Positions 58,638 through 64,000 of a stretch of 64,000 nucleotides of DNA are shown here, in pieces. Under the pieces are notes generated by a model. The model searched no databases. It saw only the letters and a list, made by a program, of their open reading frames with translations, and was not told where the DNA came from. Position 1 is the first letter of the stretch; each line of letters opens with the position of its first letter. The stretch comes from a virus (lineage: Duplodnaviria; Heunggongvirae; Uroviricota; Caudoviricetes): the IMG/VR virus record IMGVR_UViG_3300032782_000004. The stretch is one strand, 5' to 3'. Both the position numbers and the translations under genes were made by a program.

Positions 58638-60533
58638 ATGCCGCAGGATGCGTCCGCGCTGGAGCGCGAGCCGTACGATCGCGTGTTGGTATTAGGCCAG
58701 CCGCATCACGGCAAAATGTTGCCGAATTCCGAACCTGTGCTTACGCCTACAGGTTGGAAACCGATGGGCCGCCTGATCGTCGGCGAATACGTGATTGGAT
58801 CTAACGGGTACCCGACAAAAGTCGTTGCCGTGTACCCGCACGACCACAAGCCGATCGTCAGGCTGACAATGGATTGTGGTGCGACAGCGCGTTGTGGCCT
58901 CGAGCATCTCTGGTTCACGACTACTCGCCACGAATTGCGACGCGGTAGTCGACGGTACCCTCCAGGCACGCCACATCACATGCGCGGTACGGTAAAGCAA
59001 GAGTTTGTGGGTTGGGGTGAAGGAAGCGTCAAGACAACCCAAGAGCTGATCGAGACGCTCGACGCACGTCACTATATACCGCGAGTCGCACCTATCATGT
59101 ATGCGGACGTGGAGCTCCCGCTCGATCCATATTTGCTCGGGCTCGTTTTAGGTGACGGCTCGATAACAGGTAGCGGGCAGATTACACTCACGAAACCGGA
59201 CGAAGACATACTCGACGCCTTCGAACGTGAGGTCAGAGCTGTAGGCGACACGCCTGTACGCTATGATAACACCAAGTGCAACTACGTTCGTGTGAACGGC
59301 ACGAATCTAAAGAAGTGTTTGAATGCGCTCAACTTGTACGGAGCACGTTCGTCGACGAAATTCATACCGGAAATATTCTTGCGAGCGCCGCCTAAAGCGC
59401 GCCTCGCGCTGTTGCGTGGTCTCTGTGATACCGATGGGCATGCTGTCAAGAACATCTGTAGCGTTGGTCACGCGCACGACGGTTTGAGCCTAACGGCTGA
59501 GTTCTCGACGACATCGGAGCGACTTTGCGATGGCGTTATCGAATTAGCGCGTTCGCTCGGCAGCCGTGCGAGGGCGCGCTACAAACCGGAGCCGTACTCT
59601 CAAAGCGGCCCCGGACAACCGGCTTGGTGCGTGGACATCTCTTTTGAAGACGGCACATGTCCATTTTCTCTCCCGCGAAAAGCAAATCTGTGGGTTGGCG
59701 GTGATCGTGAAAAGCTCTACCGCCAACGGCTCGAGAAGATCGAGCCGGCAGGCGAAGAGGAATGCACGTGTATTACAGTCGAAGCTGAAGACGGGTTGTT
59801 CGTAACTAACAACTACATCTTGACACACAATTCGACAAGTGTGGTCGCTAGTGCTGCCAAAGCATTCGGTATGGGCTACGTGATCAACTGCGGGAAAAAA
59901 ACGGGGCTCCTCGAGGCCGCTCGTCGATGCGACCGCTTCAAATGGGATCTCGTTCGCGACGAGGTTCAAATGGAGGACGCGCTCAAAGAAGCGCGTCGAG
60001 GCTCCAAAGACGGCGTTTACAAATGGGTCGCCATCGACGATTACAACCTCTACGCGAGCTGGCTTGAGGTCGCGCTCGAAGATCAAACGCGCAACGCCAA
60101 AGGCGAAGCCGACGGGCGCCGCTTTTGGCGCGAGTACCGAAAGCGGCTCGTAAACATCCTCGTTCGATGCTTCGACATCAAAGCGCATTTCTATTGCATC
60201 TCACATTACATCGAGACGGGCGGCGGCCTCATCGACGGCCAGACCGAGAAGGTTGGCGTCGACGTCGCGCCGCTTTTCGGCGGCGCCGCGCGCAAGGAAA
60301 TCCCCGGCATGTTCGCCGATATCGTGTTTATGGCGCCAAGCTCGAAGAGCCAAAAAGAGCGCAGCTTTTACATCAACCCGATCGGCGTCTACGGCCCGAG
60401 CTGTCTGAGCTTGCCTGAAACGCGCGAGATCGACGCCGACGTCGGCGCGCTCCACGACGCTTTCATGAAAGCCGGCAAATCCGGCAAGTCAGAGAATCAA
60501 AACACCGGCAAGCCCGGCTATCACAGGAAGTGA
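58638..60533 (+). CDS. AAA_24 (Sak4-like) RecA-fold ATPase interrupted in its P-loop by an intein carrying a LAGLIDADG homing endonuclease
   Basis: N-extein ...RVLVLGQPHHGK and C-extein STSVVASAAKAFGMGYVINCGKKTG...YKWVAIDDYNLY splice to a canonical Walker A GQPHHGKST plus a hhhhDD Walker B. Followed by a DUF669-like gene, as in Sak4 modules. Confidence 0.6.
   Translation: MPQDASALEREPYDRVLVLGQPHHGKMLPNSEPVLTPTGWKPMGRLIVGEYVIGSNGYPTKVVAVYPHDHKPIVRLTMDCGATARCGLEHLWFTTTRHELRRGSRRYPPGTPHHMRGTVKQEFVGWGEGSVKTTQELIETLDARHYIPRVAPIMYADVELPLDPYLLGLVLGDGSITGSGQITLTKPDEDILDAFEREVRAVGDTPVRYDNTKCNYVRVNGTNLKKCLNALNLYGARSSTKFIPEIFLRAPPKARLALLRGLCDTDGHAVKNICSVGHAHDGLSLTAEFSTTSERLCDGVIELARSLGSRARARYKPEPYSQSGPGQPAWCVDISFEDGTCPFSLPRKANLWVGGDREKLYRQRLEKIEPAGEEECTCITVEAEDGLFVTNNYILTHNSTSVVASAAKAFGMGYVINCGKKTGLLEAARRCDRFKWDLVRDEVQMEDALKEARRGSKDGVYKWVAIDDYNLYASWLEVALEDQTRNAKGEADGRRFWREYRKRLVNILVRCFDIKAHFYCISHYIETGGGLIDGQTEKVGVDVAPLFGGAARKEIPGMFADIVFMAPSSKSQKERSFYINPIGVYGPSCLSLPETREIDADVGALHDAFMKAGKSGKSENQNTGKPGYHRK
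58716..59831 (+). other. intein (372 aa) with LAGLIDADG endonuclease; class-3-like features
   Basis: Block A-like MLPNSEPVLTPTGW. Block B ...CGLEHLW (Trp at B12). LAGLIDADG motifs LLGLVLGDGSI and LALLRGLCDTDGH. Block F ECTCITV (Cys at F4). Block G ILTHN followed by +1 Ser. Position 1 is Met. Confidence 0.55.
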
Positions 60534-60539
60534 AGAGAG

Positions 60540-61154
60540 ATGGCAAGCAATTCGACGCAGTCCCAAAAGAAGATGGAATACAAGCCCGTCGTTTTCGACG
60601 TCAACGAGATCGCCCCCGACGCTCCGGCGGGCGAGTGGAAAATGTCGATCCCTCGCGGCAAATGCAAGGTGCAGCCGACAAAGGAAGATCACTACCCGAT
60701 GCTCATCGTCCCGATCCGACTCGATGGCACGGACGAAGAAGACGAGACGCATCAGAAGGCGCTCGGGACCGAGCTCTCGGTGTTCGTCACGTTCTTCGGA
60801 GACGAGAAGGCGCGCGCCGCACGCATGAGCAAGCTTCGTTTGCGTCAAATGTGCGAGCTCCTCGACATCGATCTCGATATTCTCCCGAAGGAGCTCAACG
60901 ACCCCGAGAACGATCTCGAGCCGCTCATCCGCGCACTCGAAGGGAAAAAGTTCACCGGGTGGACTCGCGTCACGACTCGACGGGATACCGGCGAGGAGGT
61001 CACCGAGGTCGTGTTCTCCGATCCAAACCGCCGGATCGGCGGCGGAGGCAGTGACGAAGACGACGAGGACGAAGAGGAAGACGACGACGAGAAGCCGGCA
61101 GCGCGAGCAGCGAAGAAGGCCCCGGCAAAGAAGGCGAACGGCAAGCGCCGTTGA
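60540..61154 (+). CDS. DUF669-like (phage SSB-like) protein with acidic then basic C-terminal tail
   Basis: VFDVNEIAPDAPAGEWKMSIPRGK...MLIVPIRLDG resembles the DUF669 core. DEDDEDEEEDDDE acidic tail. Position directly after the AAA_24 gene. Confidence 0.4.
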   Translation: MASNSTQSQKKMEYKPVVFDVNEIAPDAPAGEWKMSIPRGKCKVQPTKEDHYPMLIVPIRLDGTDEEDETHQKALGTELSVFVTFFGDEKARAARMSKLRLRQMCELLDIDLDILPKELNDPENDLEPLIRALEGKKFTGWTRVTTRRDTGEEVTEVVFSDPNRRIGGGGSDEDDEDEEEDDDEKPAARAAKKAPAKKANGKRR

Positions 61155-61160
61155 ATCTCG

Positions 61161-61355
61161 ATGGCAAGCCCGCGTAAGGGCCCTCGTAGAAAGTCGCTGC
61201 TCGAGGACGACGATCTCGTCCTTCTCGGACGAACCGAGACCTCGGGCGGCGACATTTGCGAGCGCTGCGGACACGTGCGGGACGCACACACCGAAGACAG
61301 GTGCACACGCGACAAGTGCGAGTGCGAGAAGTTCGAAGGGTTGGAGGAGAGTTGA
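61161..61355 (+). CDS. small Cys/His-rich zinc-binding protein
   Basis: CERCGHVRDAHTEDRCTRDKCEC. Confidence 0.3.
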   Translation: MASPRKGPRRKSLLEDDDLVLLGRTETSGGDICERCGHVRDAHTEDRCTRDKCECEKFEGLEES

Positions 61356-61472
61356 AATGCGTCGGGTCGCACCGCGGAAGGAGCGCGCGCCATAAGCCGC
61401 TTTCAGCTCGTCGACTAAGGCTTGCCCCGTGTCGACGGGGCGTTGTGTGTAAAAGAAGAACAGGAGAACAAA

Positions 61473-62075
61473 ATGGGAAACCCGAACAATCTGGAACTGC
61501 ATCAGGGCGACAATTTCATTTTCGGCGTGGACGTCTCGGCGTCGATGCAAACGGCCGACTGCCCCGGCGGCGCGCAGCGGATCGAGTTCTTGAAGGAGAA
61601 AACGATCCAGTTCGCGCGTGAAGCTTCGAAGTACGACCCCGACGGCATCGACGTGCTCGCCTTCGGGCATCAGGTGACGCCATACCCGAACGTCACCGCC
61701 GACAGGGCGGCCGACATCATCGGCGCGCTGCGGGCAAACGAGGGTGCGACGATGACACATCTGCTCATCAACAAGGCCTGGACGATGCACAAGGCAGGCA
61801 AGTACGAACAGACCGTATTGTTCATCGCGACCGACGGCGATCCGTCCGACAAGGAGGCGGTGAAGAAGGTGATCATCGATATCACGCAGCAAGTCGGCGA
61901 CGAGAAAGAGTTCAAGATCTCGTTCCTGACTGTCGGGCAGCCGACACCCGCTCTGACGGCTTATCTCACTGCCCTCGACGACGATCTCAAGGGCGCCAAG
62001 TACGACATCGTCGACGTGAAGCGCCTCGAAGACGTCGATTTCATGACGGCGTTCGTCGGGGCGCTGAACGACTAG
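61473..62075 (+). CDS. von Willebrand factor type A (vWA) domain protein
   Basis: MIDAS motif GVDVSASM...T(MTH)...IATDGDPSD. AGGAG RBS upstream of the ATG at 61473. Confidence 0.55.
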   Translation: MGNPNNLELHQGDNFIFGVDVSASMQTADCPGGAQRIEFLKEKTIQFAREASKYDPDGIDVLAFGHQVTPYPNVTADRAADIIGALRANEGATMTHLLINKAWTMHKAGKYEQTVLFIATDGDPSDKEAVKKVIIDITQQVGDEKEFKISFLTVGQPTPALTAYLTALDDDLKGAKYDIVDVKRLEDVDFMTAFVGALND

Positions 62076-62142
62076 TGAATGTTCGAGGGCTTCGATCTCC
62101 GACAAGATCGAGGCTCTCGAATTCAAAAAGAGAGGCTTCGAT

Positions 62143-62295
62143 ATGTTCAGTTTTCTGCTTGAGTTGATCGGTATCGGAAGCGTAGTCGGCGGTATCTATG
62201 CGAAGGTCGGACCGGACGGACGTTGGAAGCAGCTCGCTCGACGGCTAGGCGCTGATGTCGCCGGAGCGATCGACGATTTGAAAAAAGAGAAATAG
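62143..62295 (+). CDS. small membrane protein
   Basis: 50-aa ORF, not in the track. MFSFLLELIGIGSVVGGIYAKV... Confidence 0.25.
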   Translation: MFSFLLELIGIGSVVGGIYAKVGPDGRWKQLARRLGADVAGAIDDLKKEK

Positions 62296-62414
62296 CAGGT
62301 TGCGTATTCCGACGGCGTAGCGGGGCCGACAGGCGACCTTCCTACCCCCTAAGGAAGCTTGTCGGCTCTACTACGCCGCCGGTACCGATCGAAAGACCTT
62401 CAAAGGGAAAAGAC

Positions 62415-62804
62415 GTGATGTTGAAAACGGTCGATGTTTCCAATGGCGTGCCGGTGCCAGACGTAACCGGCCTCAACATGCGCGAAGCACAAGCCACCAA
62501 GGACAAGCTCACGGAGCGCCTTCGCGAGATCAATGCTCAACCGAACGGGAAAAAGAGCCCAGAGCGCGTCGAGGTTCTTGCCCAAATGGCGGCGCTCGAC
62601 AAGCACCTGGCCGCTCTGAAAGAGCTCGAAGCTGAAGAGCGCAAAATCCGGAACTTCGCCGGCCTGGAATCGCCTCTCGCCGAGGCGTGCGCCGCAACGC
62701 TCGACGCCGACACGTGGGCGCGTCTGGCGGCCGACGCGCTGACGCGGCAAAAGGAACGACTCCGCGCGGCGGCGGAACGTAAAGCGAAGAAGGCCGCGCA
62801 ATGA
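62415..62804 (+). CDS. coiled-coil hypothetical protein
   Basis: 129 aa, helical and charged. Confidence 0.3.
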   Translation: MMLKTVDVSNGVPVPDVTGLNMREAQATKDKLTERLREINAQPNGKKSPERVEVLAQMAALDKHLAALKELEAEERKIRNFAGLESPLAEACAATLDADTWARLAADALTRQKERLRAAAERKAKKAAQ

Positions 62805-63115
62805 ACGAGCACGTGAAACGATCCCCGGACGGCGCTTGCGAGTGGTCGTGCGCGAGCGCCGCGACCGAACCGAAGTCGAAAGGGGCTGATCGGCGCATCT
62901 TTCGACTGTTCGTGTCCGTCGATCCTGATGACTCTACGCTTGTGACAATCGATGAGAGCCGCGTGACGAGCAATCTCCCGGGCGCCGTACGCACGGTCTC
63001 GGCAGAAAACCGCATGATCAGTTTGACGCCCGGCGAGTGCGAATGGCTCCTCTCGGTGCTGCCGCGCGCGCTCGATCATCTGCACAAAGCCATCAAGAAG
63101 GCGCAAAGCTCCTAA
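62801..63115 (+). CDS. hypothetical protein
   Basis: 104 aa, ATGA-coupled. Confidence 0.3.
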   Translation: MNEHVKRSPDGACEWSCASAATEPKSKGADRRIFRLFVSVDPDDSTLVTIDESRVTSNLPGAVRTVSAENRMISLTPGECEWLLSVLPRALDHLHKAIKKAQSS

Positions 63116-63120
63116 AAGAA

Positions 63121-64000
63121 ATGGCCGTTGGAAGCGGGACACCAAGACACGCCAAAGCGCGGCGAAAGAGCTTGCCCGTCGCCGAGGGCGAGTACGATCC
63201 CGTCGCCGCCGGCGCCCGTTGCGACCTTTGCCCTCTACGCGGCAACACCGTCGTTCCTCCGGAATGGCCCAAAATCTCACCGACCGTCGTGTTCATCGGC
63301 GAGGCGCCCGGGAGAAAAGAGGAAATCGAACGCCGGCCGTTCCGCGGGATGACTGGGCAGTTCCTCCGAAGCTTGTGCCGCGAAGTAGACATCGATCTGC
63401 GCGGTGCGGCGCTTCAGAATGCAGCGCTTTGCAGATCTAACATCGACAAGGAGAATGACGAAGCGGCCGTCTGTTGCGCTCCACGGCTCCTTCGCGAGCT
63501 CGCGAAGTTCGACCCGTCCATCCCGCTCGTTACGCTCGGGAAGACCTCCACGCTCTCCGTGCTCGGCGTACGCAGCATCATGCACGCCCGCGGTTTCGTC
63601 TGGACCGCGCGGGAGGTCGACTCGTGGTCCGCTTGGCGCGAAGCGAAAAAGGCCAAGGAGCGGGGCGCGCCGAAGTGGAAACAGCTTTGGCTCAAAGCGC
63701 AAATCTACGAAGGACGACGCGCGCTCGCCGGCCGCACCGTGCTCCCCACTATTCACCCGGCGTTCGTGCTTCGTAGCGACACGTGGCAACCGATCCTGAA
63801 GATCGATCTCGACCGCATCTCACGCTGGTTGCGCGGCGATCTCAAGCGCTCTCACCTTCTTGACAACACTAAGTACGTCGTCGTGACGAAGCGTAACGAC
63901 GTTATCCGCGAACTCGCCAAGCTGAAGGACGTGATCAGCGAAGACATCGAGACCGGCGAAAGCGCTGCCGGGAAAAATGACGGAGCGAACCCGAACCGGA
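63121..64000 (+). CDS. uracil-DNA glycosylase family 4-like domain fused to a downstream domain (possible DNA polymerase A 3'-5' exonuclease start); 3' end outside window
   Basis: Frame-1 ORF open to the window edge, absent from the supplied track. CDLCPLRGN (Fe-S Cys), VFIGEAPGRKEEIERRPFRGMTGQFLRSLC (GEAPG motif), TIHPAFVLR (HP motif), then ...VISEDIETGES (DxE exo-I-like). Confidence 0.6.
   Translation, partial: MAVGSGTPRHAKARRKSLPVAEGEYDPVAAGARCDLCPLRGNTVVPPEWPKISPTVVFIGEAPGRKEEIERRPFRGMTGQFLRSLCREVDIDLRGAALQNAALCRSNIDKENDEAAVCCAPRLLRELAKFDPSIPLVTLGKTSTLSVLGVRSIMHARGFVWTAREVDSWSAWREAKKAKERGAPKWKQLWLKAQIYEGRRALAGRTVLPTIHPAFVLRSDTWQPILKIDLDRISRWLRGDLKRSHLLDNTKYVVVTKRNDVIRELAKLKDVISEDIETGESAAGKNDGANPNR

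Noticed and set aside
58716-58735. Intein N-terminal junction at Ser (NSEPV) instead of Met
   Set aside because: Only the Met-1 boundary restores a canonical Walker A, and the block A alignment puts Met at position 1. This is kept as an alternative.

Overview
High-GC 64-kb window with dense, mostly small, co-directional and often start/stop-overlapping ORFs, typical of a phage or prophage-like mobile element. The full six-frame ORF track was checked, but because GC-rich sequence stays open in all frames, many listed ORFs are out-of-frame or antisense artefacts; the sequence is open in several frames over the collagen gene and over two perfect tandem repeats. Left ~18.7 kb (minus strand): virion/lysis-like module. 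It contains a 1194-aa collagen-like (Gly-X-Y) tail fiber with a beta-helix domain, and a family of LysM / PG-binding proteins anchored by a C-terminal TM helix followed by a poly-Arg/Lys tail. It also has glycine-zipper membrane proteins, a large possible capsid protein, a very Arg-rich protein, a transglutaminase-like cysteine peptidase whose catalytic Cys is interrupted by a mini-intein, RadC/JAB and GroES-like proteins. Middle (18.7-34.4 kb): small membrane proteins, lipoproteins, a papain-like peptidase, a protein built of a perfect 24-bp tandem repeat (octapeptide repeats), then SNF2 helicase, SPFH lipoprotein, C5 DNA methyltransferase and RecD-like helicase. Right half (plus strand dominated): replication and recombination genes (VirE-type primase, Cas4-like PD-(D/E)xK exonuclease, a Sak4-like AAA_24 ATPase interrupted in its P-loop by a LAGLIDADG intein, DUF669, vWA, MazG, a sigma-70 region 4 protein, and UDG family 4 fused to what looks like a PolA exo domain, running off the window end). 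Most notable: a compact CRISPR locus at 39.6-42.5 kb. It has eight 36-bp repeats with 35-38-bp spacers, next to a single 625-aa TnpB/Cas12-like RuvC effector, with no cas1/cas2/cas4 nearby. Spacer 4 is a perfect 35/35 match to position 13494-13528 of this same window, at the junction between the LysM gene and the intein-containing peptidase gene. That makes it self-targeting and possibly regulatory. The effector's RuvC-I motif carries Glu where Asp is expected. A second protein is built of 12-bp (SQLR) tandem repeats. No rRNA/tRNA genes seen. No terminase or portal could be recognised, so the window is probably only part of the element.
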